This document shows positions 19,244 to 29,144 of a stretch of DNA of 64,000 bases, in pieces. The position numbers and the translations under genes were made by a program. The notes beneath the pieces are model-generated. The model was not told where the DNA came from. It searched no databases and saw only the letters and a program-made list of their open reading frames with translations. How positions within the stretch are numbered: the stretch's first letter is position 1; each line of letters opens with the position of its first letter. Source of the DNA: Candidatus Dormiibacterota bacterium (GTDB lineage: Bacteria; Chloroflexota; Dormibacteria; Aeolococcales; Aeolococcaceae); contig OY970355.1 of the NCBI GenBank assembly GCA_963718525.1, positions 2,944,001-3,008,000 of the forward strand. Reading direction: 5' to 3'.

Positions 19244-19908
19244 GCCTCCTCCAATCGGTACCCCGAGCCGCGAACCGTCACAATCTGGATCCCGGTGTTC
19301 GGCAGCTTGGCGCGGAGCCGGCTCATCTGAACGTCGATCGCGTTGGAGCCGAGCGGTTGGGTCTCGTCCCGCCAGGCATGCTCGGCGATGGCCTTGCGAT
19401 CCACCACCGCCGGCGACCGCCGGAGCAGCAGCTCCAGGATGTTGAACTCCGTGGACGTGAGGTTCACCGCGGTGCCGTGGACCTCGATCTCGCGACGGGC
19501 GGGGTCGAGCGTGAGCGAGCCGCGGGTGATCGCCGGGCCGTCGACGCTGCGGGGCCGGCGCTGCAGCGCTCGGATCCGGGCGACGAGCTCGCCGAAGTCG
19601 AAGGGTTTGATCAGGTAGTCGTCGGCACCGGCGTCGAGGCCCTCGATGCGATCTGACGGCGTGTCCCGCGCGGTCAGCATCAGCATCGCCGTCGGGCGGT
19701 TGTTCCGGCGCGCCCACGCGACGACCTCAAGCCCGCTCGCGCGGGGCATCCGCCAGTCGATCACCGCCACGTCGTATTCGTAGAAGCGCAGCTGCTCGAT
19801 CGCCTCGTCACCCGCCGCGACGGCGTCGACGAAGTAGCCGGCCTCCTCGAGGCCCTGAACCAGGACCTCACGAAGCCCGCGATCGTCCTCCGCGACCAAC
19901 ACCCGCAT
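19240..19908 (-). CDS. OmpR-family response regulator
   Basis: VLVAEDD, DWRMP, GADDYLIKPF, wHTH ending TVRGSGY. Confidence 0.95.
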   Translation of the reverse strand: MRVLVAEDDRGLREVLVQGLEEAGYFVDAVAAGDEAIEQLRFYEYDVAVIDWRMPRASGLEVVAWARRNNRPTAMLMLTARDTPSDRIEGLDAGADDYLIKPFDFGELVARIRALQRRPRSVDGPAITRGSLTLDPARREIEVHGTAVNLTSTEFNILELLLRRSPAVVDRKAIAEHAWRDETQPLGSNAIDVQMSRLRAKLPNTGIQIVTVRGSGYRLEEA

Positions 19909-19920
19909 CAGTACATCAGG

Positions 19921-20706
19921 CTACGCGCCGGAGACTCCGCCGCCGAAGCCGCCTCCACCGCCGCCACCGAATCCACCCCCAAAGCCTCCACCACCGAACC
20001 CGGCAGTGCAACCGTTCGCCCCTGCCGGCGTGATCGTGAGCGTTCGTGCCGCGACGGTGCCGGAGCTGTTCTTCGGGCCAAGCGCGGTGACGCACTCACC
20101 GGTCTGGAGCGCGGTGGCCTGGATCACCGTTGACGTGGTCACCTTGACGGTGGTCGGAACGTTGATGGTCGTCGTGATCCCGGTCGTCGCGGTGAGCGTG
20201 ACCGATGTGCCCGTCACCGACTTGACCAGGCCCCGTGCCGCGGTGAACCCGGCGGCGCCGGCCGGGGGCGAGAAGCTCGGGCGCGGCGTGGCACCAGGGC
20301 GCGGGCTGAAGGCACCGCCGCCGCCAAATCCGGTCGTTGCGCACGACCCATTGACCGGCGCGCTCAGCAGGACCGTGGTTGCGGTCAGCATCCCGGCCGC
20401 ATTCTTGGTGCCGGTCGCTGTGATGCAGATGCCTGGCATGATGTTTGCAAGGGTCCCGGTGCTGGTCTGGGTGATGGTCGTCGTGGTGGCATAGGTCACC
20501 GTTGAGTCCCCGGTCGTGCCGCTGAGGATGAGCGTCGACCCGTTGATCTGGACCAGCTGGCCGAAGGCTGCATTGCGAGCGAATCCGGCGCGACCGCCGG
20601 TTGACGGCGATGCAGAGGGGGTCGAGCCGCCACTGGCCGCGGCACCTCCGCAGGCGACCATGGCGAGGCAGGCGACGCTGCCGGCGCCGAGAAGGGCACG
20701 GTTCAT
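19921..20706 (-). CDS. Thr/Gly-rich lipoprotein (DUF5666-like repeats)
   Basis: Lipobox MVAC; two repeated beta modules (G.v..i.G..l.l...G......G.ltA..v); GGAG RBS. Confidence 0.7.
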   Translation of the reverse strand: MNRALLGAGSVACLAMVACGGAAASGGSTPSASPSTGGRAGFARNAAFGQLVQINGSTLILSGTTGDSTVTYATTTTITQTSTGTLANIMPGICITATGTKNAAGMLTATTVLLSAPVNGSCATTGFGGGGAFSPRPGATPRPSFSPPAGAAGFTAARGLVKSVTGTSVTLTATTGITTTINVPTTVKVTTSTVIQATALQTGECVTALGPKNSSGTVAARTLTITPAGANGCTAGFGGGGFGGGFGGGGGGGFGGGVSGA

Positions 20707-20743
20707 GAGGTTGGTTCTCCCAGGAGGATGGCGGTGTTCGAAA

Positions 20744-21961
20744 TCATTCGGCGCGAAGTGCTGCGATGGGCGCGAGGCGAGCGGCGCGCGCTGCGGGGTA
20801 GACCCCAAAGATCAGGCCAACTCCGGCAGCAACCGCGACGGCGATGATCACCGGCGTGGGCGTGATGGTCACAGCGATGTTGGCAAGTCGCGGCACCAGG
20901 AATCCCGCGAGCAGGCCGGCGCCGACACCGAGGATGCCCCCCACGAAGCTGAGCGTGGCCGCCTCGATGAGGAACTGACGAAGCAGGTCGCGAGGGGTCG
21001 CACCGAGCGCCTTGCGCAGGCCGATCTCCTGGGTCCGCTCGGTGACCGACACCAGCATGATGTTCATGACGCCGATGCCGCCGACGAGCAGCGAGATCGC
21101 CGCGACGCTGGCAAGCAGGATGGTGAGCGTCGTGGTCACCGATGCCGCGGTGCTGGCCAGCGTCGACGCCGACGTGATGTTGAAGTCGGCAGCCGCGGTG
21201 TTGGTGATGTGGTGCGTCTGGAGCAGGAGTTGATCGGCTTCGAGGTATGCGGAGCCGATGGTCGCGCTGCTGGTCGCGCTGAGCAGGATGCGCTGCACCG
21301 AGTCGGGACTGCCTCCCGTGATCTGATCCTGCGCGATGGTGATCGGCACGACGGCGAGGTCATCGTTGTTCGTGAAACCGGTGCTGCCCGTCGAGGTCAG
21401 CAACCCGATCACGTTGTACGGTGCTCCGGAAATGCTGACCTGCGAACCGACGGTGACACCCAGCTGGCTCGCGGTCGTGACCCCGAGCACCACCACCTGA
21501 GCATGCTTGTCAACCTGCTGCTGCGTGAAGAAGACGCCCGACGACAGCGTTCGGGCATTGGTGGTGAGCCATCCTGGGGTGCTGCCCTGCACGGTCGTCG
21601 ACCAGTTGGAGGCCGTGCTCACGAGCGTCGCGGTCCCCGAGACGACGGCCGCAACCGCCCCGACATCTGGGGCGTCCTGCTTGTCCTCGAGCCCGGCGAC
21701 GTCCTCCATGGTCAGCGTATTGGCGGAGCCTGATCCCCCACGAACACCGAAGCTCGTGGTGCTCCCGGGCGAGACGGTGAGCAGGTTGGTGCCCAGCGCC
21801 GCGATCCGCGAGTTCACCGAGTTGGCAGATGCGGTGCCGATGCCGACGGTGCAGATCACTGCGGCCACGCCGAAGAGAATCCCCAGGGTCGTCAGGATCG
21901 AGCGCAGGCGGTGGCCGAGCAGGCCCCGCATTCCCGTGTCGAACGTGCGCAGCAGGTTCAT
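20744..21961 (-). CDS. MacB-like ABC transporter permease
   Basis: [56 protein letters not shown]. Confidence 0.95.
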   Translation of the reverse strand: MNLLRTFDTGMRGLLGHRLRSILTTLGILFGVAAVICTVGIGTASANSVNSRIAALGTNLLTVSPGSTTSFGVRGGSGSANTLTMEDVAGLEDKQDAPDVGAVAAVVSGTATLVSTASNWSTTVQGSTPGWLTTNARTLSSGVFFTQQQVDKHAQVVVLGVTTASQLGVTVGSQVSISGAPYNVIGLLTSTGSTGFTNNDDLAVVPITIAQDQITGGSPDSVQRILLSATSSATIGSAYLEADQLLLQTHHITNTAAADFNITSASTLASTAASVTTTLTILLASVAAISLLVGGIGVMNIMLVSVTERTQEIGLRKALGATPRDLLRQFLIEAATLSFVGGILGVGAGLLAGFLVPRLANIAVTITPTPVIIAVAVAAGVGLIFGVYPAARAARLAPIAALRAE

Positions 21962-22638
21962 GCTGCGACCCGGTCTGTGAGCCGGCCGTCCGCCATCTCA
22001 ACGACGCGTTCGGCAACGCCGGCAACGTTGGGATCGTGCGTGATCAGCACGATGGTGTGGCCTGATTTGTGCAGGCCGGACAGGATGCCGAGGACCTCGC
22101 GGCTCGCCTTGGAGTCGAGGTTGCCGGTGGGCTCGTCCGCCAGGATCATGGTGGGATCGGTGACCAATGCCCGAGCGATCGCAACACGTTGCTGCTGTCC
22201 TCCCGAGAGCTCGTTGGGGCGGTGCTGTACGCGTTCACTGAGGCCGACCTGGGCGAGCGCATTGAGCGCCGTCTGCTTGCGATCTCGGGCTGTCCGATAG
22301 AGCAGGGGCAGCTCGACATTGCGCCACGCCGACATCGACGACAACAGGTGAAACTGCTGGAAGACGAAACCGATGCGTCGGTTGCGGATGCTCGCCAGCT
22401 CACGTTCGTTCATCCGGCTGACGTCCTCGCCTGCGAAGAGATAGTCGCCGGTTGTCGGCACGTCGAGGCAGCCGAGGATGTGCATGAGCGTCGACTTACC
22501 CGACCCTGAGGGCCCCATCACCGCAAGGAAATCGCCTTCGTTGACCTTGAGTGACACGTCGTCCACCGCGTGGACCGTCGCGTCGCCGCTGCCGTAGATC
22601 TTGCTGACGTCGACGAGGCGAATGATCTCGGCGGCCAC
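21958..22638 (-). CDS. ABC transporter ATP-binding protein (MacB/LolD-like)
   Basis: [31 protein letters not shown]. Confidence 0.95.
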   Translation of the reverse strand: MAAEIIRLVDVSKIYGSGDATVHAVDDVSLKVNEGDFLAVMGPSGSGKSTLMHILGCLDVPTTGDYLFAGEDVSRMNERELASIRNRRIGFVFQQFHLLSSMSAWRNVELPLLYRTARDRKQTALNALAQVGLSERVQHRPNELSGGQQQRVAIARALVTDPTMILADEPTGNLDSKASREVLGILSGLHKSGHTIVLITHDPNVAGVAERVVEMADGRLTDRVAA

Positions 22639-22639
22639 G

Positions 22640-24137
22640 TCAGCCCCCCGTGCGAGCCGCGCCACCACCACCGCCGCCGAAACCGCCACCGCCGAACCCG
22701 CCGCCGGTCAGGCTGCGGCCGGTCCCGGTGGTGGACGATGGAATCGTGCTTGTGATGGTCGCGATCACGACCTGGTCACCGACCTTGATCCCTGAGAGGA
22801 TCTGGGTGAGCGTGGCATCCGAAGCGCCGACCGTCACCGCCGTGGGCACCGGCTTGCCGTTGACGAACAGCGTGACCGTGCTGCCGGCGCCGGTCGTGTG
22901 CACCGCGCTGGTGGGCACCGTGGTGACGCCGACAACCTGGTTGATGATCACGCGCACCGAGGCGGACATCCCCGGCCGGAGCGAGGGGTTGCTGCCGCTG
23001 AGGACGACGGTGACAGGAAAGGTCGCCACGCCTGACGTGACCGTTGCGGCCTCGGCAACGGCGGTCACCCTGCCCGCCACCGCCTCGCTCGACCCTGCGG
23101 CGACCACCTCCGCACTCTGTCCTACGGCGATCTCATTGACGAGCGCATCGCTCACGGAACCGGTGACCTCGAAGACACCGGGAGCGATGATCACGATTGC
23201 ATGTGTCGCAGTCCCACTCGCGCCGGAGGTTGCCCCGCCCGTGCCACCGCTCGAGATCTGCTGCCCGTTGGTGATGTTGACCGCTTCGACGGTGCCGCTG
23301 GTCGGCGCCTTGAGCGTCGCAGCGTTGACGGCGGCCTGGGCGTTGCTCAGGTTGACCTGATCGATCTGGACCTGGCTCTGGGCAACTGCGATCTGGGCTG
23401 ACGTGGTGGTCGATCCGCTCTGGAGCGCCGAGAGGGAGAGCTTCGCGTTCTGCCATTGCACCTTGTCCGCATTGACCTGACCCTGGGCCTGGTCATCGCC
23501 CTGCGTGCTCTTGACCTGGGCGGCCTGCCACGCCTGATAGTCCTGCGCGATCGTGGCCTCGTCCTGCGGACAGGGCGGCGTGGTGTCACCCGATGTGCAG
23601 CCGGCGGCGGTGGCAGTTGCCTGTGCTGCGGTGTATGCGCTGTAGGCCTGAGCCACCATCTGGGCGTTCACAGCTTTCGTGTCCGCAAGACTCGTCACGG
23701 CGTTCGCGTAGGAGACATACGAGCTGTTGACCTGCGCCTCGGCCTGCGCGAGGCTGGTGGCCGACGTGCCCGCCTCGGCCTGGGCGAGATTCGCCTGCGC
23801 CGATGCCAGAGTCGCCTCGGCCTGCGTGAGGCTCGCGTCCACGGTGCTGGGGTCCTGGGTTGCCAGCACTTCGCCGATGGTGACCGTCTGTCCGGACAGG
23901 ACGTTCACGGCCGTCACCTTTCCTGCGCCTGCAAAATCCAGGTCTGTCTCGCCGTCTGGCGCGAGATTCCCCGACAGCGACACCGTCTGCGTCACCGTCC
24001 CGAGCGTCGCGACACCGGTGCGATACGACACGCTCGCCGCATCGCCACGAGTTCAGCATGTACGCCCCGGTCCCTGCTGCAATGACCACGATGACGATGC
24101 CGATGACGAATGGCCTGCGCATCAAGCGACGTCTCAC
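22640..24137 (-). CDS. Efflux membrane-fusion (MacA/HlyD-like) protein, apparent +1 frameshift at ~24052
   Basis: N-terminal TM joins the lipoyl/coiled-coil/LRPGMSA body if GAACTC is read GACTC (MLTRGDAASVSYR). Confidence 0.85.
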
Positions 24138-24265
24138 AGTCGATCACTCCCACAGCCGGTTGCCGCAACGACCATCGGCCATGATCGTGGGCCCGGCATC
24201 CTTTCAGGAGCGTGACAGTATGCGGACACCACGCGGCCGTTGCCCACATGGCATCCCCCCGGGCG

Positions 24266-24339
24266 TGGGCGGAGCAGGGATCGAACCCGCGACCTCCTCG
24301 GTGTAAGCGAGGCGCTCTAACCAGCTGAGCTATCCGCCC
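24266..24339 (-). tRNA. tRNA-Val(TAC)
   Basis: GGGCGGATAGCTCAGCTGGTTAGAGCGCCTCGCTTACACCGAGGAGGTCGCGGGTTCGATCCCTGCTCCGCCCA; CCA not encoded. Confidence 0.96.
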
Positions 24340-25034
24340 GTGACGACTGTATCTCCAGGGGCGCTCAATTGCTCGACGGTGGCATCGCTGTGCCCCACCA
24401 GCACCAGGTCCACCATGCCCAGGAACAGCCCGTGGCCGGCGGCTCCGGGGACCGACGCGATCTCCGCGGCCAGCGTCTCCGGGTCGGCGACGTCGGTGAA
24501 CTCGCTATCCGCGATGAGGTTGCCGTTGTCCGTGGTGAACAGCGCACCATCTCCAGTCGTTCGAAACGCGAAATCGAGCGACGTTCGTTCGGACAGCGCG
24601 CGCAGGGTCCTCGCGCTGCCGAACTTGATGACCTCGACAGGAACGCGTCCGCTGAGCTGGGTCATGTATTTGCTGTCATCGACAATAACAACGAAGCGTG
24701 CTGCGGATGCCGCGACGATCTTCTCGCGCAGCATGGCGCCGCCCCTGCCCTTGATCAGGCGCAACCAAGGATCGACGCTGTCGGCGCCGTCGACGGCAAG
24801 GTCGAGGCCGGCGGAGCCGAGTTCCTGGACCGCGATGCCGTGCTCGGCCGCAAGCGCGGCACTCGCCGTCGAGGTTGCGACGGCGCGAACCGACAGGCCC
24901 TCGCGCACCCGTTTCGCAAGACCGAGGATGAACCACCGCGCAGTGGTGCCGGTTCCCAGGCCGACACGCATGCCGTCCTCGACCAGCGGCACCGCGGCCT
25001 CCCCTGCCGCGCGACGGGCGGCATCGACGTCCAC
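24330..25034 (-). CDS. rpiA: Ribose-5-phosphate isomerase A
   Basis: GLGTGTT, DLAVDGAD, IKGRGGAMLREKIV, TDNGN. Confidence 0.95.
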   Translation of the reverse strand: MDVDAARRAAGEAAVPLVEDGMRVGLGTGTTARWFILGLAKRVREGLSVRAVATSTASAALAAEHGIAVQELGSAGLDLAVDGADSVDPWLRLIKGRGGAMLREKIVAASAARFVVIVDDSKYMTQLSGRVPVEVIKFGSARTLRALSERTSLDFAFRTTGDGALFTTDNGNLIADSEFTDVADPETLAAEIASVPGAAGHGLFLGMVDLVLVGHSDATVEQLSAPGDTVVTGG

Positions 25035-25050
25035 GCGTGCAGCGTAGCGG

Positions 25051-25383
25051 TCAGGAGGCCAGGCGTCTGCTCAGTTCGCTGGACGTTGTGGAGACCGCCT
25101 CGCGATGCACGCCTTCAGGCTGGCGCATGAAGCGCTCCTGGACGACGAACACGGCTTCGATGAGCTCCGCCGCAGAGGTCCGGGGACGGAAGGTCACCCC
25201 GCGGCGCCGGAGCGAAACCAGAACGCGTGTTGGAATTGGACCGCCGCGAAGATTCACCTCCTCGAGCTGGGTGAGCAGGCCGTCGAGCTCGCACAGCGTT
25301 TCGCGTCGCTGCACCCGTTGTCGTTCGTCTTCTGCTGACCACACCAATTGATTGAGGACGCGGTTTCGGACGAAGGTGGCCAT
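25051..25383 (-). CDS. Hypothetical protein (110 aa, helical)
   Basis: GAGGGAG RBS before ATG; GC3-rich. Confidence 0.65.
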   Translation of the reverse strand: MATFVRNRVLNQLVWSAEDERQRVQRRETLCELDGLLTQLEEVNLRGGPIPTRVLVSLRRRGVTFRPRTSAAELIEAVFVVQERFMRQPEGVHREAVSTTSSELSRRLAS

Positions 25384-25503
25384 GACGCTCCCTCGGCTCG
25401 TCCACCGGGTTCGGGGGTTTGATGTGACGTAGGGTGAGTCGGACCGAACAGATGGACGTCCTGTGGTCGCGATCCTACCGATTTGTGGGCCATTTGCATA
25501 GCG

Positions 25504-25515
25504 GAACACATGTTC
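25504..25515. promoter_or_regulatory. Putative LexA (Cheo-type) box
   Basis: GAAC-ACAT-GTTC in an intergenic region; second degenerate GAAC-AGAT-GGAC at 25446-25457. Confidence 0.5.
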
Positions 25516-25534
25516 GCGCCATGGCGGCACCGGC

Positions 25535-26281
25535 TCAGGCCGCGGTCGCCTGAGCGGTGATCGTTTCGAGAAGCGCGCTCACGGGACCCGCGTCCGCCAG
25601 CCGGCAGCCGAACGCCGACGCGAGGGCCGTCGCGAGCACGGGTGCGACCTCTTCAGGTGTGTGACCGGGTGCGCCGAGCGTCTCGAACGAGGCGACGCCG
25701 GCTCCCTCAATGCCGCACGGTGTGACCCTGTCGAACCAGCTCAGGTCGGTGGCGACGTTCAGGGCGACGCCATGCGTGGTGACGCCTCCGGCGAGCTTCA
25801 CGCCGATGGCGGCGAGCTTCTCCTCCCCCGTCCACACGCCCGTGTATGGCGGCCTGCGGGTCACGGTGATCCGGTACTCCGCCGCCGCGGCGATGAGCGC
25901 GGCCTCGAGAGCACGGAGATAGCGTTCGACGTCGCCGTGGGCCTGGTGACCCGGGATCGGGAAGATCCCGTTCAAGCGCACGATCGGATAGGCCACGAGC
26001 TGGCCGGGTCCGTGAAAGGTGACCGACCCACCGCGATCGACCTCGACGAATTCCGCGCCGGCCGCGACCAGCGCCTCGGGCCCGGCGCCGAGATGACGGG
26101 CATCACCGGTGCGACCCATCGTGTAGACGGGAGGGTGTTCGAGCAGGAGCACGGCGTCGTCAGCGAGCGAGCCGGTTCGGCGCGCCAGCGCGATCTCACG
26201 CTGCAGCACCCAGGCATCCTGATAGCCGATCGTCCCCAGCCAGGCCCAGCGAAGGACCGGGCGCTCGGTCACGCCACTCAT
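25535..26281 (-). CDS. lipB: Octanoyltransferase
   Basis: LLLEHPPVYTMG, DRGGSVTFHGPGQLVAYPI, KLAAIG, HGVALNV, PCGI. Confidence 0.93.
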   Translation of the reverse strand: MSGVTERPVLRWAWLGTIGYQDAWVLQREIALARRTGSLADDAVLLLEHPPVYTMGRTGDARHLGAGPEALVAAGAEFVEVDRGGSVTFHGPGQLVAYPIVRLNGIFPIPGHQAHGDVERYLRALEAALIAAAAEYRITVTRRPPYTGVWTGEEKLAAIGVKLAGGVTTHGVALNVATDLSWFDRVTPCGIEGAGVASFETLGAPGHTPEEVAPVLATALASAFGCRLADAGPVSALLETITAQATAA

Positions 26282-27217
26282 CCCGCGTGCGCGGCTACCG
26301 CCTGCTCGTGGGCGTGGTAGCTGGACCGGACGAGCGGCCCCGAACTCGACATGCTTGAATCCGAGCGATTTGCCGTAGGCCTTGAGCTCGGCGAACTCGT
26401 CGGGATGCCAGTAGCGGATGAGCGGATGGTGCTTGAGCGAGGGCCGCAGATACTGCCCGATCGTGATGATCTCGATGTCGTGGGCGCGCATCTGGTCGAG
26501 CAATTCCTTGACCTCGTGCATCTCCTCGCCGAGCCCCACCATGAGCCCCGACTTGGTCCGGCTCTGCGGCTCCATTCGCTTGGCGGCGCGAAGCAGCTCG
26601 AGGCTGCGATCGAGCATCGACTTCGGCCTGACCCTGCGGTACAGGCGGCCCACCGTCTCCACGTTGTGGTTGAAGATCTCGGGGACCTCCTCCATGACGG
26701 TCCGCAGCGCGTCGTGGTCGCCCTGGAAGTCCGGCGTCAACACCTCGATAGTGGTGCCGGGCGACAGGGCGCGAATCGATCGAATCGTCGCTGCGAAGAT
26801 CCCGGCGCCACCGTCGGCGAGATCGTCACGGTCGACGGAGGTCACCACCGCGTGGCGGAGTCCCATGCTGGCGACCGCCTCGCCGACCCGGCGAGGCTCG
26901 TCCCAGTCGATGTCGCCGCCGCGTTTGCCGCTCTTCACGGCGCAGAAGGCGCACGCTCGAGTGCAGACGTCGCCGAGGATCATGAAGGTGGCGGTCCCGT
27001 GTCCCCAGCACTCCGCGATGTTCGGGCAACGGGCCTCTTCGCAGACCGTGTTGAGATTCTGCCCGCGCATGATCCCCTTGATCTGCGAATAGCCGTCGCC
27101 CGCCGGCAGCTTGACGGTGAGCCATTCAGGACGCCGGTCAACGCCGTCGGGAAGCAGCCGCTGATGCAGCGGACGGGGATCGGCCACGGGAACGGGCCGC
27201 AGACGGATCTGGTCCAT
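26278..27217 (-). CDS. lipA: Lipoyl synthase, apparent +1 frameshift at ~26344
   Basis: CEEARCPNIAEC and CTRACAFC clusters; removing one base restores VESGPLVRSSYHA and a TGA overlapping the lipB ATG. Confidence 0.93.
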
Positions 27218-27283
27218 GGGGCGCTCTCACTCTACACACTCGCTGCGGCACAATCGCCCGGATGAGTTCTCCGCACCCGGTCA

Positions 27284-28885
27284 ATGAGCCGGTCCACCTC
27301 TACGCCCCCGGCTCGCCCGAGCGAGCTCGAACTCCGCACCGCCGTCCACGAGATGCAGGCAACCGCCCCTCACAACGTGCCCCTCCATATCGGCGGGCGG
27401 ACGTATGACGGCCACGGCGATCGGATCTCGGTCACCGCGCCGCATCGCCACACCCTTGCGCTCGTGGAGGCCTCGACTGCCACGGCCGACGACGTCCGGG
27501 CCGCGGTCGACGCAGCACTGGCCGCTCACCACGATTGGTCGACGGCGCCGTGGGAGACGCGGGCATCGGTCTTCCTCCGCGCCGCCGACCTGCTGAGTGG
27601 CCCGTATCGAGACCGGCTCAACGCGGCCACCATCCTCGGACAGAGCAAGAGCGTTCAGCAGGCCGAGATCGACGCCGCCTGCGAGCTGATCGACTTCTGG
27701 CGCTGGAACGTGCACTTCGGCGAGCAGCTGCAGAGCATCCAGCCGGTGTCGTCGGGGGGGACGTGGAACCGCATGGAGCACCGCCCGCTCGAAGGCTTCG
27801 TGCTGGCGATCAGCCCGTTCAACTTCACGTCGATCGGCGGCAACCTGGCCGCCGCGCCCGCGATCGTGGGCAACACCGTCGTCTGGAAGCCCGCCACCAC
27901 AGCGCTCCTGGCGGCCCAGGTGATCATGGAGATCCTCGAAGCGGCCGGCCTTCCCCCGGGGGTTATCAACCTGGTCGCCGGGCCGGGAGCCGCTGTTTCG
28001 GAGGCGGCGGTCAAGCACCCGTCGCTCGCCGGCATTCACTTCACCGGATCGACGGACACGTTCCAGCACCTCTGGAGCACCGTCGCCGCCAATCTCGGCA
28101 CGTACAAGACGTACCCACGGCTCGTCGGCGAGACCGGCGGCAAGGACTTCGTGCTCGCCCACCCGTCGGCCTCACAGGACGCGCTGCTCGTCGGCCTGCT
28201 GCGCGGATCGTTCGAGTATCAGGGTCAGAAATGCTCCGCCTCGTCACGCGCGTACATCCCCCGTTCGGTATGGGATCGCCTGCGCGACCCGCTCGCCGCC
28301 GCCACCGAGGCGATCCCCGTAGGCGACCCCGCCGAGTTCTCCACCTTCATGGGCGCGGTCATCGACGAGCCAAGCTACCGAAAGCACGAGGCCGTCCTGG
28401 CCGCGGCGCGCACCGATCCGGAGCTCAGCCTGGTCGCCGGCGGCGAGTGTGACGGGGACGTCGGATGGTTCGTCCATCCCACCATCCTCGAGACCACGAA
28501 TCCGCGCCACGAACTTATGCAGCGTGAGCTCTTCGGCCCGATCCTCACCGTCTATTCGTATCCCGATGCGGAATGGCGCTCGGTCCTCGACCTGGTGGAC
28601 ACGACGTCACCCTATGCGCTTACCGGCGCCGTATTCGCGGATGACCGAGCGGCCATCGACGAGGCGGCGGCACGCCTTCGCTACGCTGCCGGCAACTTCT
28701 ACGTGAACGACAAGCCGACCGGCGCGGTGGTCGGTCAGCAGCCGTTCGGCGGCGCAAGGATGAGCGGGACCAACGACAAGGCAGGGTCCATGCTGAACAT
28801 GCTCCGGTGGGTGTCACCTCGGGTGATCAAGGAGACGTTCATCCCGCCCACCGAGTGGCGATACCCCCACCAGGACCCCGACTGA
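27284..28885 (+). CDS. pruA: L-glutamate gamma-semialdehyde (P5C) dehydrogenase
   Basis: AEIDAACELIDF, SPFNFT, FTGST, GETGGKDF, YQGQKCSASSR, GTNDKAG. Confidence 0.93.
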   Translation: MSRSTSTPPARPSELELRTAVHEMQATAPHNVPLHIGGRTYDGHGDRISVTAPHRHTLALVEASTATADDVRAAVDAALAAHHDWSTAPWETRASVFLRAADLLSGPYRDRLNAATILGQSKSVQQAEIDAACELIDFWRWNVHFGEQLQSIQPVSSGGTWNRMEHRPLEGFVLAISPFNFTSIGGNLAAAPAIVGNTVVWKPATTALLAAQVIMEILEAAGLPPGVINLVAGPGAAVSEAAVKHPSLAGIHFTGSTDTFQHLWSTVAANLGTYKTYPRLVGETGGKDFVLAHPSASQDALLVGLLRGSFEYQGQKCSASSRAYIPRSVWDRLRDPLAAATEAIPVGDPAEFSTFMGAVIDEPSYRKHEAVLAAARTDPELSLVAGGECDGDVGWFVHPTILETTNPRHELMQRELFGPILTVYSYPDAEWRSVLDLVDTTSPYALTGAVFADDRAAIDEAAARLRYAAGNFYVNDKPTGAVVGQQPFGGARMSGTNDKAGSMLNMLRWVSPRVIKETFIPPTEWRYPHQDPD

Positions 28886-28897
28886 CCGAAGCGGCCG

Positions 28898-29116
28898 CTA
28901 TGCGCGCCAGCGGGTGCAGGACCGGGTGGGCCGGCGCCTGCAGGAGCAGCTGCCCGGATGGCGAGGAGTTCGCCGTGGGGTCGACGGGTACTCGGAGGCA
29001 ACCCGGATCAGGGCGTGGAACCGGCTCTCGTCGATGATGCCCTTCTCCAGCGCGCGCTGCGCCCATGCCGGCGGGGTCCGGAGCCCCCATGCATCGAAAG
29101 CGCCTTGCTCGATCAT
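28898..29116 (-). CDS. Small hypothetical protein (3' frame uncertain)
   Basis: TATCAT and AGGAGG upstream of ATG; GC3-rich 5' half. Confidence 0.5.
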   Translation of the reverse strand: MIEQGAFDAWGLRTPPAWAQRALEKGIIDESRFHALIRVASEYPSTPRRTPRHPGSCSCRRRPTRSCTRWRA

Positions 29117-29144
29117 CGTTCCTCCTGATGATAGCCAGGACGGG

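Noticed and set aside
19921-22720. GGGF/GGGG repeats at the C-termini of the lipoprotein and MacA-like protein
   Set aside because: Gly-rich low-complexity tails are common in such exporter clusters; not a DNA repeat element
25535-27217. Apparent 560-aa LipA-LipB fusion in the ORF track
   Set aside because: A single extra base at GAACTC (26342-47) removes the conserved LipA RSSY motif; correction gives separate lipA and lipB with an ATGA overlap
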